A stretch of 64,000 bases of DNA from Plasmodiophora brassicae (Eukaryota). Positions 13,501 to 24,468 of the stretch are shown here, piece by piece. Made by a program: the position numbers and the translations under genes. Location: NCBI GenBank assembly GCA_036867785.1, contig CP145409.1, positions 1,426,001 to 1,490,000 of the forward strand. Direction: 5' to 3'. The notes under the pieces were generated by a model that saw nothing but the letters and a program-made list of their open reading frames with translations, was not told the origin of the DNA and searched no databases. Position 1 is the stretch's first letter; every line of letters begins with the position of its first letter.

Positions 13501-15838
13501 AACCAGTGCATGGGCAGCGACATGAACCGCTGGGTTTCGTCGGACACAAGTTCGCGGGCCCAGAGCGGAACTGGTCCACGGTGGAGAAGGAAGGGTTCGC
13601 GATCAAGGATGGGATTGACAAACTGGACTATCTCGTTACAACCAACGAGCAGTTTCGTTTGTTTACCGATCATAGGAATCTCGTGAGGATATTCTCACCA
13701 ACGGACGTGTCAAAGCCAACGGCGCAGAAACTGCAACGATGGGCACTGGACATACAGAGGGTCAACTACGTCATTGAACACATTGCGGGGGAGGACAATG
13801 TGTGGTCGGATCTTATGACGCGGTGGGGTGCACCGGACGGTGGGCCTGATGACCAGCACCTAGAGGTACGCACGATCAGGAGGATAACGCTTCAAATTGA
13901 GGACGGATATCGGGTACGGCCGTTACAAAGGAAGGAATTCCAATGGCCGACCGTGGACGAAATCCGTAAGGCTCAGAGGAAATGGCTCAGAGGAACGAAA
14001 CGACCGAAGAATGGTGATGATCTCTTCGTCACAGGGAAGGGACAGGTGATCATACCAGACGAATGCAACGAGCTGAAACTGCAGCTATGCGCTATTGCTC
14101 ATGCGGGCGGAAACAGTGGGCATCTAGGACTGAAGGCCTCGTTGAGGAAGTTGGGGGAGTTCTGCCATTGGGCACACTGCGATGAGGACATGAGGACGTT
14201 CTGCAACGCGTGTTTGAACTGTCTACCGACAAGGGGCGGGGTTAGGATTCCCAGGCCATTGGGAACAGCTGTTCATGGTGTTAGGCCGAATCAGGTGATT
14301 CACTTGGATTGGCTATACATGATGGCGGCTCAGAAGGGCGGAAGACATGATCTGCAATGGAACCTGATAATCAGGGATGATCTGTCTGGCATGGTCAAGA
14401 TTACTCCTGACCATACACCCAATGCGGAAACCACTGTAGAGGCACTGCTCGAATGGAGGGCTATCTTCGGAACGTTTGAGTTGATGGTGTCAGACATGGC
14501 GTCTTGCTTTCTGGCAAACGTTGTGAAGGAACTGGCGCGTCGATGTGGATTTGCTCATCACCCGACTGTTGCCTATGGGCATTACAGTAATGGATCAATT
14601 GAGGTGATCAACAGGAACTACTTGCAACTAGTCAGAGCACTTCTGTCTGAATTGCAGTGGGACAAATACGATTGGCCATGGTTGAACCACAACATTGAAC
14701 ACACGATCAATCACAGGTCGCAGGCGCGTACCAACGGGAATGCGCCAGTGACAGTGATGATGGGACGTCAACCAGACAACCCGCTGAAGCAAGTGTTCAA
14801 GAGGCCAGGGGATGAGAAGTATGGGGAAGCTACACTCTCAAAGGAGCATATTCAGGAGCTAGTCATGCAATTGCAGACGTCGCTGAATGAAATGCACAAG
14901 GGAGCAGTGCAGCAATCGAAGAAAATCCGAGCCGTACACAGGAAGAGGAGCGACGCGTACCGACGAGCAACTGCACCGAACTTTCAGATCGGTGACTATG
15001 TACTCATCGGATTGCCTGAACCGGGTAAGGTTCCGGGCAAGAAGCTCTTTATGAAGTGGCGGGGCCTATATCAAATAACTGATAGCCACGAGAACTACAC
15101 CTACGAGGTGAGGAATATGTTCAATGAGACGGACACTCGAACCGTTCACGGGGACCGCGTTCGCCTCTATGAACATGGCAAAGTGAATGCCACTGAGGAA
15201 CTGAAGCGACAGATGGATTATGACAATGAGCGTTTCGCCATTGAAGTCTTCAAGGACTGCAGGCACAGTCCGGAGACAGGGGAATTGGAATTGTTGATCG
15301 GATGGAAGGGTTTCTCTGAAGCGGAGGATTCATGGGAGCCAATCTGCAGGTTGGCGATGGATGTACCGAAGCTGGTGAAGGCACATGCCGCCAGGATGAG
15401 GAAGGAGAAACATCACCTTGCTGATGAGGTTAAGGAGTTACTTAAGGCGGAAGGAGTCCAGTAGGCTAGTCATGCTTTTTTCCCGGATGCGCGCTGGGTT
15501 ATTTTAATGCCGACGGCCATGTGACGACAGAAGCCAAAACTGTGTTCTACGAAGATTGAGACTTAATTATGTTAATTAGACTATATTAAGGAGAAGACAT
15601 GATTAGGATACACCACCACTGAAGACACCTGCAAGGAGGAGCATTTCGTTGAAGGAGGGGAATGTGCCGGCTCCAAGCTATAAGACAAGAATAGCTGTGA
15701 TCCGGCTAGGCCGCCCTAAGAATGACGGACATGCACGGAGTGCGCACGGAGTCCGCACGGCGTCCGTGGGAGCTGCAGGTCGGGGACACAGACGATTATA
15801 CTACACGGCTGATATACCATCACCGTTGGGACGTCACA
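10574..15838 (+). mobile_element. Full-length Ty3/gypsy LTR retrotransposon with chromodomain; apparently intact and recent
   Basis: 176-bp TG...CA LTRs (10574-10749, 15663-15838) with no difference seen. 4-bp TSD AGCC, confirmed by the empty site in the mirrored palindrome arm. Polypurine tract GAAGGAGGGGAA before the 3' LTR. Confidence 0.97.
10797..15464 (+). CDS. Gag-Pol polyprotein (zinc knuckle, aspartic protease, RT, RNase H, integrase, chromodomain)
   Basis: CFNCDEVGHPAFRC; VLDSGAT; RFCVDLR, LDAFKGFW, WIDD; SDAN, TDHRNL; AH...GHLG...CLNC; IHLDW; IGWKGFSEAEDSWEP. Single uninterrupted frame. Confidence 0.96.
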   Translation: MVATAQEMLLEDDVDDRQQGQSVQGSTIVLQMNKAPTLKSMDRKAVTTFMAELKTYRNHFRDDPNAKGQIPRSVRSMIDPGLLRAICKWELGKDAEGVTESDLMDWMKRHLEQDRSTDANIDREMRKLAMKLTITTPAARVVNLVQQYEELVARNGWQDLFTSREGRKNLVKYLLGAVRPSGLQALMRTLVMKRQTDLQKDPLEFYRVLKERAASYEETMLYMEPGREDGKGKGKVKPTPKKRGAQTDEGGDGGRDTKRHRKDLRCFNCDEVGHPAFRCPKKPTKKQVADLLKDRRKGPTGRDGPRKAKSDKDDDLSEYPWLPVVGRVSEGAQRTGDQVVVRVNGHEEDYVGVLDSGATSVDVLMPLTIARELMERDPLLTMENLQKPETFCLVDRETKHTAYHVMILDLGLTTTAGELITRRRRCLVWDIPEKEIILGERLLDDLGIHPKKALDVLIKSTPKKGNDVMDEVHNMANEMPPLWEGEEEETEDVRIGTDSTDSLEREMDGMVERALRNGLPQAMGKSLRKLVRRYRDVWRMSIGPDGPARVTPFVTELKPDAEPYRCRARKYSMEDSAFMEEFVAQLKKYGLVVENYNAKWASPVVVVTKPGGGKRFCVDLRAVNAKCVAVAWPMPHQEAILRNLAGSRFWFKLDAFKGFWMMPLDEACQEIFSFMTDKGVYKPTRSMQGGMNSAPQYQGRMFEVFGELMFHKLIIWIDDLMGHAQREDDWFRTLERTLMLAERHSIKFNVEKCELFTTEVRFCGRIFTPEGVRHDPARIEALMAIPQPRTARDLQQFLMATQWMSRSIPEYNRKVHLLQRIYEDAMKDQPGRTKAIARRVRLCKYGWSPEHALAFEKLKMAVADTVQLAYPRKDRIQCLFSDANEVNSAAVVTQIPPEDLGKPVHGQRHEPLGFVGHKFAGPERNWSTVEKEGFAIKDGIDKLDYLVTTNEQFRLFTDHRNLVRIFSPTDVSKPTAQKLQRWALDIQRVNYVIEHIAGEDNVWSDLMTRWGAPDGGPDDQHLEVRTIRRITLQIEDGYRVRPLQRKEFQWPTVDEIRKAQRKWLRGTKRPKNGDDLFVTGKGQVIIPDECNELKLQLCAIAHAGGNSGHLGLKASLRKLGEFCHWAHCDEDMRTFCNACLNCLPTRGGVRIPRPLGTAVHGVRPNQVIHLDWLYMMAAQKGGRHDLQWNLIIRDDLSGMVKITPDHTPNAETTVEALLEWRAIFGTFELMVSDMASCFLANVVKELARRCGFAHHPTVAYGHYSNGSIEVINRNYLQLVRALLSELQWDKYDWPWLNHNIEHTINHRSQARTNGNAPVTVMMGRQPDNPLKQVFKRPGDEKYGEATLSKEHIQELVMQLQTSLNEMHKGAVQQSKKIRAVHRKRSDAYRRATAPNFQIGDYVLIGLPEPGKVPGKKLFMKWRGLYQITDSHENYTYEVRNMFNETDTRTVHGDRVRLYEHGKVNATEELKRQMDYDNERFAIEVFKDCRHSPETGELELLIGWKGFSEAEDSWEPICRLAMDVPKLVKAHAARMRKEKHHLADEVKELLKAEGVQ

Positions 15839-16505
15839 AGCCCGACACACGTCGAATTAAGATCGTCATCAATTACCAGGTCAACAATTCGATTTGTTGG
15901 AGACATGGCTTCTACAACATCGTCCGTGATGCTTAAAGGTGGCGACTTGTTCGCAACTCGACGAATCACATCGGCATCGACATCTCTGCTCAACAGTCAT
16001 GTAAGAGCCCCCAAACGGGAATGCGCCCGAAGAAGAGCATACATGCTGGCTATCTCGGCGATATCTTGACGAACATCGTGAATGGGCTTGTCGATTCGGG
16101 GACTGTGATCAGACGATGCCCTCAATGAGGCTCCCTGTCGACGACGACATCAACAATGGTCAATGCGAGGAAGTCCGTCCGGAGGTTGCGACTATGGAAT
16201 TGTTGAACGTGGCCGACGCGGAGACCCGACTCGATGTAATGTGTAACGTGACGCCCGAACTGTGACGCGTTGTCGTCCGCTGAACGCCCTAGCCGCTAGG
16301 GCGTTCCTACGGGCAGAATGACGCTAGGCCCTACCGTAAACTTCGATGCGCTGTGCCTAGCGCATCCTGTGCCCCCCTGTCCAAAAAAAGGCTTCGAACT
16401 TTTTTGCGACCACCGACTACGAGGGCCAGTCAGCTCGACATCATATCAGGCCCGAATTTCAAGGTCGCAACCACAGCATGGTCCCGATCCGACAGCTGAC
16501 CGGCG

Positions 16506-16908
16506 ATGTCGTCCGTCCATGTTGAGATTGTAGGGATCGAGATCGGCAACCGTGGACGCTGCTGTCAAGAGCACACCGTGTGCGGGTCTGTCCTGGAACC
16601 AGACAGCATTGTCCGGTTGCGTATTGTTCAAATCATTAATGGTAAGTCATCCCTAATTCGTCGACGATTTAACGACAATGATATCCCCAGATGCGGGCAA
16701 CACCGAGACGGCAATTGCCGTTTATCGTGTGAGGAACGGTTCTGATCAATGTTTGGTGGGATTCCTGCCCCGTCATTACATTGCGAGAGCCAACCGATTC
16801 GACAACCGACTTGCAAGAGTTGTCGAATTGTACTCTCGCTCTGACAATGTGTACGACCGTCGACGGTCGCATCGCCATGGCGGCATGGCACGTTGTATCC
16901 TGCTGTAA
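16506..16908 (+). CDS. 117-aa accessory protein, HIRAN-like with a C-x-x-H-x-x-C motif (exons 16506-16641, 16691-16908)
   Basis: Removing the GTAAGT...CCCCAG intron (16642-16690) joins two ORFs in frame. TETAIAVY...CLVGFLPRH resembles the HIRAN AI.V...VGY.P motif. Confidence 0.7.
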
Positions 16909-16921
16909 CGCCATCTATTGT

Positions 16922-18208
16922 TTATTCGGTATCTGTAAAGTAGGGAAAATCATGGCTACGCCATGACCTTCGGATCACATCAGGCGATAGCTCTTGCAAC
17001 GATCGGATTATCCACGATGCCACTTGAGGACGTGTTGGTGGATCCAACGGGTCACCGATGGGCTTTTCCAGTAACCAATGCTCCCATTGATCCCGGATTC
17101 GTGACTTAAATGATCGGTTGACACCCACGTCGATCGGCTGAACGAGTGCGGTGCAATGGCTGGGAACATGCTCCACCTGGACGCCAATACTGTTGATGCT
17201 CAACAGCACTGGTGCCATAACGTGGCATCGGAAAGAATCCAGAAGCAATACAGGACTTTGAGCCTCAACAGGCACACTCGCAATGTACGGTTGTAGACAC
17301 TGTTAAACTCTGTTAGTTCAATGATCGTGCCATACTGAAGGCGATACCTTCTTAACCCATTGTTGCATAGTAGCGCCATCCATCCAAGCGTGCGGCTGGC
17401 ACGCGTATTCGCTGCCAGGCGGATATTCCGGCAGCTCGCGTGTCGCGATGCGGCCCTGAGGCTGACCTTTGAAAATGATCATAGGCCGAAGAATCGAACC
17501 ACTGGCAGTAACGGCTACTGCTACAGTGACCCTGAGCGTCGACGACGATGTCTTGCGCATGTTGACATGCCTCGCGCCGACACGATCGATCGTCCGGTTT
17601 CGAGACATGTCAAAGAAGACTGCCGTCTCATCCATATTGATGATCAGCCTCTTGTCGAGGCTGGCAATACGCGGTACGATGGAAGCCATGAAGGTTCCCG
17701 CCAGACGCCGTTCTTGCTCTGGCCCGACAGACGAGGAGGGCGTGCATACACGCGTCGTTAGACGATGCCTTTTTAAGAAACGCCTTAGCGTCGACTCCTT
17801 GGCGTTAGAAGACTTTTCCTTAAGCCCCGAAAACATTTCACAAGCATACTGTTTGAGGCTATTTAACGATATTCCTAGACGAAGGTTCTATGAGTTCCAC
17901 TACAACGAAATGCGGGCGTAGTTGAAGGTAGTACCTATCCCTGCGTCCCGTCTATCAAAGATCCACCGAAGCAGATCGTCTTCTTCTTGCTCTGTGAACG
18001 TAGGCGCCCGACCACGAGAAATCGTTGTTGCATCGGGGCGCGATTGACTTAGGCGCGTCTCCAGTTTCTTCCACCGTCGGATTTGACTGGGTGCAACGCC
18101 ATTGGCATCGGCGAAGTTATGCAACGATGTACCTTGTACTGATGCGCGGCACCAGCACATCAAAATGGCCAGCTTGTCGGCGTTCGTTATGGACTGGCGG
18201 GAGTGCAT
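16922..18208 (-). CDS. pogo-family DDE transposase, probably three exons
   Basis: HTH region, then INMDET, PMIIFKG, AWMD, LLLDSFRCH, HCTALVQPIDVGVNRSFK (DDE_1 signature). Confidence 0.93.
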
Positions 18209-19039
18209 CGCGGTCGATGCGAACGCCTGAGGCGGCAATGGTTTAAATGTTCCGCCCGGCTCGGAAGTCTGCAGCTCGCACCCCACCCAAAAAAACGCCG
18301 CATGTTCGGGCAAAAAATTAAACAAAACCTTACATCACTGCATAATTTTTTTGACATTGCTGGGTACAGCGCATCGAAGTTTACGGTAGCGTCATTCTGC
18401 CCGTGGGACGAATACCCATTGTCGTCCCGCGCAATCCTTCTATCAATCCACACCGAGCGCGGCTAATTGGCATACCTATTTTCCAGCAGATTAGCCACAA
18501 CCCTGATCGTGCCTCGAAGTCGAGATGACGTCAGCTCACGTTGCTTCGCCATACGACAAGGTGACGAGAGCCAGGACAACACTATTAATATTCCGACAAC
18601 GAGGTACCACCGTACCGGGCAGGCCTGCAGCGCCCCAGGTCGCCGGTCGTCGGGCAGGACCAACGCGGCGCCTTCATCGAGCGCATCACCAGGCGGGCGA
18701 CACCGCAGCCCGATCTCACACGCCACGACGAGTTGGTACTGGTGTCCACGTACCTGCAGGAGCGGGCGCACCGACAGCGATTGGGGACGGTTGCCTTCGG
18801 CGGGCACGTCCCCATTCGTACTCGTACGACACGCACTCAGGCGGACGTGCCAGCATGGGTCTGCGCCCTCTTCTGATCGACTCGATGTTAACCAGGCGAC
18901 AGTCCAGCAACAACACGGCCGGATCCGTCGCCGGACAACGCCTCAGGCGCACAATAACAGGAACAAGGACGTGCCCTGGGCTGTCCAACTGTTCGCACGA
19001 TCGACTGACCACAATACATACTACGGGGATACGAAACGA

Positions 19040-22000
19040 GGGGGAACGCACAGCCTCTCCAGAAATGGTGATCATTCGTGCTGAGTACTACGCCTTTCGT
19101 GAGACGATGCGATTACCGGTCCCAGTCAACGGCGCCCTCTTCAGCGGCACGCGCCGACTCGTGTTCCTGTGGCGCCGTCGCGACACAGCAAGGGACATTT
19201 GAAGGCCCACAGACTACGATGGACATGTCGTACTCGTTTATTGTTGGATAAAGGAGCTGGGCGTCAGCGTACCCGATCACCCCTCTTCCTGCTATACAGC
19301 GACAGGGACGGCTGTGACGACACGGCTGACGTGATCGCGGATGCGGTCGTCAACTTCGATGCGATACGTGGCGTGCTGCGTTCGGGTCGGTCGTGGCCCC
19401 GGCGGGTACAATGCCCGACCGCGGCGCCTGACGGCGCGCCTAATTTTGGGCGACCCTGGAGGGACGACTTGACGGTGCCGTTGCGCGCGCCACCCTAGCG
19501 TCGTCGGCGGCATGTCCAGTCGCAGTACAAGTCCAGGTGGCCTGTGTGGCACCGGCGTCTTCGACCGCCATGGCACCGACGGCCATCGACATCAGCTGGC
19601 GTCCCGGTGATGTCAGCGGGGATCTGCGGCGACAGATCAGTGGTCGGTAGCTGACCCGGACTGGCAGAGGCACGTACGGCTCGTCAGCGTGTACATAACG
19701 ACCTTCATCGTCGCCATGCATCCTTGTTCGACGTAGGTTGCACACGTGCCAAAGTGTGAACCGACACGGTGGTGGTAACGACGTCTGCCCATGCGGCCAG
19801 TCGCGTTGCCTGCTGAATCAGATGGCAGCGGTCAGCGGGTAGGGCGGTCGTGGCTAAGGCGGCACGTTCAGGGCGTAACTGATCGAAGTCAGCACCCGGA
19901 TGCAACCATGGCGGGACATACGGTTGAGAACATACCACGGCGACGAATGGATCCACTAGGTATTTAAACAGAAGCGGAAAATGGTGCTCGAGGGAAGGAA
20001 CTGGTGCAGCGAAACGGGCCCACGCAGGACGTAACTGGATGGTAGCCAGAAAACATCAGGGCAGGAGGACAACAACGTCAACGAGATGCGATCGCAGACC
20101 GACCCGGCGCAATGGGTATTTCGCAAAGTCTCCGCTGACCGACACTGGGCGTTTGGCGACGCCGAGAACGACCCGGGGCCCCGACCTCAACCATCGCGGG
20201 TGAACGAATAAGTTCAGGGCGTAACTGTTCGACAATTAACAAACGTCAGGGCAGGAGGGCAACCGGGGTCAACGGTGGCGGACGCACCCTGAAACCGTGC
20301 GACTAGACGATCGAGGCGGGGGACCCGGTCGCTTCCTGCCTTTCAACGACGCCTGCATTGCCTGACGTACAGCGTTGTAATGGGGCGTCTGGCGACGAAG
20401 AGCGGGGGGGATGGCACCCCCCGTCTTGCCGTTCAACGACGCCCCCGCTGACCGGCGCAAGGCGTCTGGCGGCGAGGAGAGCGATCCAGGTCCCGACCTC
20501 GACCATGACGAGACGAACGAACAAATTCAGGGCGGAGGTACCTATACGACAATTAATAGATGTCAGGGCACGAGGGCAACCAGAATCAACGGTGGCGGAC
20601 GCACCCTGAAACCGTGCGACTAGACGACCGAGGCGCGGGACCCGGTCGCTTCCTGCCGTTCAACGACGCCCGCATTGCCTGACGTACAGCGTTGTAATGG
20701 GGCGTCTGGCGACGAAGAGCGGAGGGACGGCACCCCCCCTCTTGCCGTTCAACGACGCCCCCGCTGACCGGCGCAAGGCGTCTGGCGACGAGGACAGCGA
20801 CTCGGGCCCGCGACCTCGACCATGGCGAGCGAACAATAGTTCAGGGCGGAGGTACCTATAAGGGAATTAATAGACGTCAGGGCACGAGGGCAACCGGGGT
20901 CAACGGTGGCGGACGCACCCTGAAACCGTGGGACTAGACGATCGAGGAGCGGGACCCGGTCGCTTCCTGCCGTTCAACGACGCCTGCAATGCCTGACGTA
21001 CAGCGTTGTAATGGGGCGTCTGGCGACGAAGAGCGGAGGGACGGCACCCCCCCTCTTGCCGTTCAACGACGCCCCCGCTGACCGGCGCAAGGCGTCTGGC
21101 GGCGAGGAGAGCGATCCGGGTCCCGACCTCGACCACGGGCGCCAACGGGACCTGACCAACAAGGGGGCGGATCAGCGGGTGACCCTGATGACGATTGCAC
21201 GCGGTCGCTGGGCTTACCGGGGGTCGCGACGCAGCGCGGCTTAGACCGCCTCCGGCACGTACGAATCGACGCGGACCGGCCCCGCCCCGATCATGCCGAG
21301 CGCCTCAGGCTGCCCGTACCGACGACGACGGCTCCGGACGACGACGCCTGCTGTCCTGACGAGGCGATGCACCTCGGGCGGCTGTTGGACAGCAGGCGGG
21401 CGCGGACGCCACGTGTAGGACGGCGTCGGCTCCGGCAGGCGGTCGACGGCCGCGACGATCCGCCGTAGCTCACGATCCTCCTGCTCGATGTAGTACTCGA
21501 ACAGGAGGAACTCGACAGTTTCCCGCATGCGCTCGAAAGCACGTCGGTACTCCTGTACACGCTCATGCGGATCGTCGGACGACGCGTAGCGGTGACGTGG
21601 CGCCGGGACCGGCTCGGGTCCCCGAACCGCGCGACGGTCCCGTCCCAGTTGCATCTTGTTGAACAGCCATTGCGTTCGATCAGGGCGCCAGGAGGCGTCC
21701 CGTCGAACGCAGGCGGGGACTTGGACCGTCGGCGTGGGGACCCTGCGCTGCTCAGATGGACCGGCCCTTTGGGCGTCACGACCGGCGCTGGAACGGGCGG
21801 CGCTCGCGGCTCGGGCGGGTCCGCCGTCCTGAGCGCTGACGCGCTGTGCAACCTTCTTGGCCTTGGTGCCGGGGCGGGCGGCGCGGGCGGGACGCGGTCG
21901 GGCTCGTGAGCTCGACGCGCGTGATGGGAGGCGGGGAGCGAACACGGGCATCGTGAGAGATCGATGACAACCCCAAGACACCCGAATCACTGTGGCGAAA

Positions 22001-22302
22001 GGATCCACGCGGGGTGCTCGAGATACGCTCTGCCAGCCAGGGCAGTTGCAGGCAGTCGCAGAGCGTATCGTTGCGATCAGCGCCAGGCGCTGTCCAGGCG
22101 CGTGACAGGCAGGCAGGCACAGACTCTGGCGCGTGGAAACGCGTGGCAGATGAGGAAGACGTCAGTACTAGCTGACAGCCAGGGCAGTTGCAGGCAGTCG
22201 CAGAACGCACCGTTGCGATCAGCGTCAGGCGCTGTCCAGGCGCTGTCCAGGCGCTGGCCAGGCAGGCAGGTACAGACTCTGCCGCGTGAGACCGCGTGGC
22301 AG
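19040..22302 (-). repeat. Right arm of the large inverted repeat
   Basis: Reverse complement of 2682-5700 with one extra ~300-bp unit. Confidence 0.9.
21241..21951 (-). CDS. Orphan ORF, copy 2, in the right arm
   Basis: Near-identical translation to 3040-3750. Confidence 0.45.
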   Translation of the reverse strand: MPVFAPRLPSRASSSRARPRPARAARPGTKAKKVAQRVSAQDGGPARAASAARSSAGRDAQRAGPSEQRRVPTPTVQVPACVRRDASWRPDRTQWLFNKMQLGRDRRAVRGPEPVPAPRHRYASSDDPHERVQEYRRAFERMRETVEFLLFEYYIEQEDRELRRIVAAVDRLPEPTPSYTWRPRPPAVQQPPEVHRLVRTAGVVVRSRRRRYGQPEALGMIGAGPVRVDSYVPEAV

Positions 22303-23078
22303 ACGAGGAAGATGGTACTAGTACTGGCTGTGCCCATGTGGCTGCAGGGGGAATCCGGCTGCCAGGCATCCGGCCAGACTGTAGGCATTATCATCGCCAA
22401 AGCGTGCAAGGTCATCACAATGACGGATGCAACGTCGGTAGGCACCGAACGGGCCGATGAAACGTTCTTTCGACGTCGCCGCGTTACCGACGATGTCCAT
22501 CGCTTGATCAAGGACACACCGACGTTCGTCCAGGATCGTACTTGGCTGCTTGTTCGATCCAAGGGGCAGAGTAACGCTCATAAGTGCCTCCTGAAATTCT
22601 CGGGATACACGAGCGAGGCGCTGCGTGAGGCGCGACGCTACATGAATGGACACGTTCGTACAGGAGCAGCAGTACGCGGGACCAAGACGTTCATATCTTC
22701 GCCCACTCCGGCGCGCGACGCCAGTAGGTACTCGTCGGCATCGTCAGATGAGTCTATGCTTCACGGCGCCGACATCCCGCCCCGTTTCAGGAATGGTGGT
22801 GATCCGTATCTCGGACCCCGCTTGGGGATGTCCGCCCGGATTGTCACTCGATCTGGGACTGATCAATGCCAGATCGTCAGGCCTGGACATCGGCAGACTC
22901 GGCGCAGTGACCACGTGCTGATGGTTACATTCATACAACACCGAATGTGCCGTATCTCATTCCGAATTGCGAAGCCAGATGACGAGCACAGCAGCAACGT
23001 GTCAGTGACTCGGTGATCGTGTATTGGGTGCCTGACGAATTAAAGCAGAACGCGCGTGTTGATAGATGGCCGACGCGA

Positions 23079-24268
23079 TCAGAGCGGAAGGGACAGGCGT
23101 CGTCTGGCTTGGCAGCTGGCAGCACGATCGGGGCCCGTTCGCGTGACGAACGCGTCGTCCAGTGACGCACCTGGGCCGCCTGGTCGAGCGTCGCAGGCGG
23201 CGTTGCCGATGCCCTGCTTGTGATAGCCGTTCATGCAGTGCTGGCATCTGCAACGATCCGTGCAGGGACGCCCGGCCTGGAAGCATTCGCAGTACCTCTT
23301 CTGGCACCGGCTCTGGCGGCAATTGCACCCGCGACCGTCAAGCCCGGCCCGTGATCGGACGGCTCTCGACTGGTCGTCGTCGCCCTGGGTGGGTGCATTG
23401 GCGAACGCTTCCGGGTTCCGTTCGACGATGGCACCGATGGCCGCCAGCCTCCTCTGGTCGTCCACCGCGCCGTTCGAACACGATTGGCACTGGCAGTCGG
23501 GCGTACAGAGCTGGCCGCGGGCGAAGCACTGCACCGAATGTCACACGAACATGAGACGGTGCAGACCCAGGGCGGCGGTACCTCGCAGTACAGGCGAACG
23601 CATTGTGATTTCTTGCACCGGCAGGGGCGGGTCGTAGGCGTGGCCTTGCTGGCAACGGCAGGTAGGGTGGGGACCGGAACGACGGGGGCCAGGAGATCAG
23701 CAGGTGGCGGTGCTTGGACGTCCACAACGTCGGCTGTCAGGCCAATAGCGTCGAGTGTGGCACCCGTGTATAGGTCGTCGGGCTGTCGTCGCTTGCGTGC
23801 TGGACTGATGGGCGTCAGCTGGGTATGCAGAGCGTTGTCGCCCTGTGTGAACTGGAGCCGGGTTGCGGTCCTGGCGTTCGTTGACGGCGCTGGTAGGGGG
23901 TCGGCGGCGGCGGACACAGGTCGGCGAGTTTGGTGGCGCAGGCGGCCGCCGATCGTGAACGAACGACGCAATGGCCTGGAACGAGCCGTCGAACGTGTCG
24001 GGGAACCCGTCAGACAGAGCATGCGTCGGGCCACAGACGATGACGATGGCGTGGGCGTGAACTTGGCGGGCGATGGCGTCCCGTACAAGTCGGCGGCGAT
24101 GGGCGTCGGGGAAACGGGCGCGGCTGCCCACCACAACGGCGATGGCACCAGGGCGCCTCTTAGGCGGTCACCTGTCGCTGGCGGAAGAACCGCCGACTGG
24201 GACGGTGGCGGCGTACCTGGCGGCGGCATCGCATTGCCGTCTACGAACGATGAGAGCACAGTGGACAT
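23079..24268 (-). CDS. Tesmin/TSO1-like CRC-domain protein (LIN54 family)
   Basis: PCRCKKSQCVRLYCE|CFARGQLCTPDCQCQSCSN, RNPEAF linker, GCNCRQSRCQKRYCECFQAGRPCTDRCRCQHCMN. Intron 23529-23581. Confidence 0.9.
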
Positions 24269-24468
24269 GATGAGGGCCAGGGGGCAACGTGGGGCCTCGG
24301 GGATCGTCCCTTGGCCCCCACGTTGACGTACAATGACGGACAGTCAAGATGATATGATAGCGGGTCCCGCGGCGGCCGCAAACGTGACGTCGCCCTCACC
24401 GGCACAGCAACGGGCGGATCATCTCAGAATTGTTCAGTGCTCCGCGAAATACGTGTATCTCGGTGCGC

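Larger units (their letters stand above)
10003..16108. repeat. Imperfect palindrome with ~390-bp arms (10003-10393 vs 10440-10573 plus 15839-16108), right arm split by the gypsy element
   Basis: CAAGTGGCAAGCAG ... CTGCTTGCCACTTG flank a ~46-nt centre. The match resumes exactly after the 3' LTR. Confidence 0.88.
16334..18386 (-). mobile_element. Full-length pogo-type DNA transposon carrying two convergent genes
   Basis: TIR CCGTAAACTTCGATGCGCTGT / ACAGCGCATCGAAGTTTACGG, with TA target duplication (16332-16333, 18387-18388). Confidence 0.95.

Noticed and set aside
16282-18428. Hairpin cluster as an interrupted tRNA gene
   Set aside because: Stems are too long and no D-loop or T-loop consensus is visible.
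21964-23016. 350-aa ORF as a gene
   Set aside because: The first third is antisense repeat-arm sequence and no domain is recognisable.
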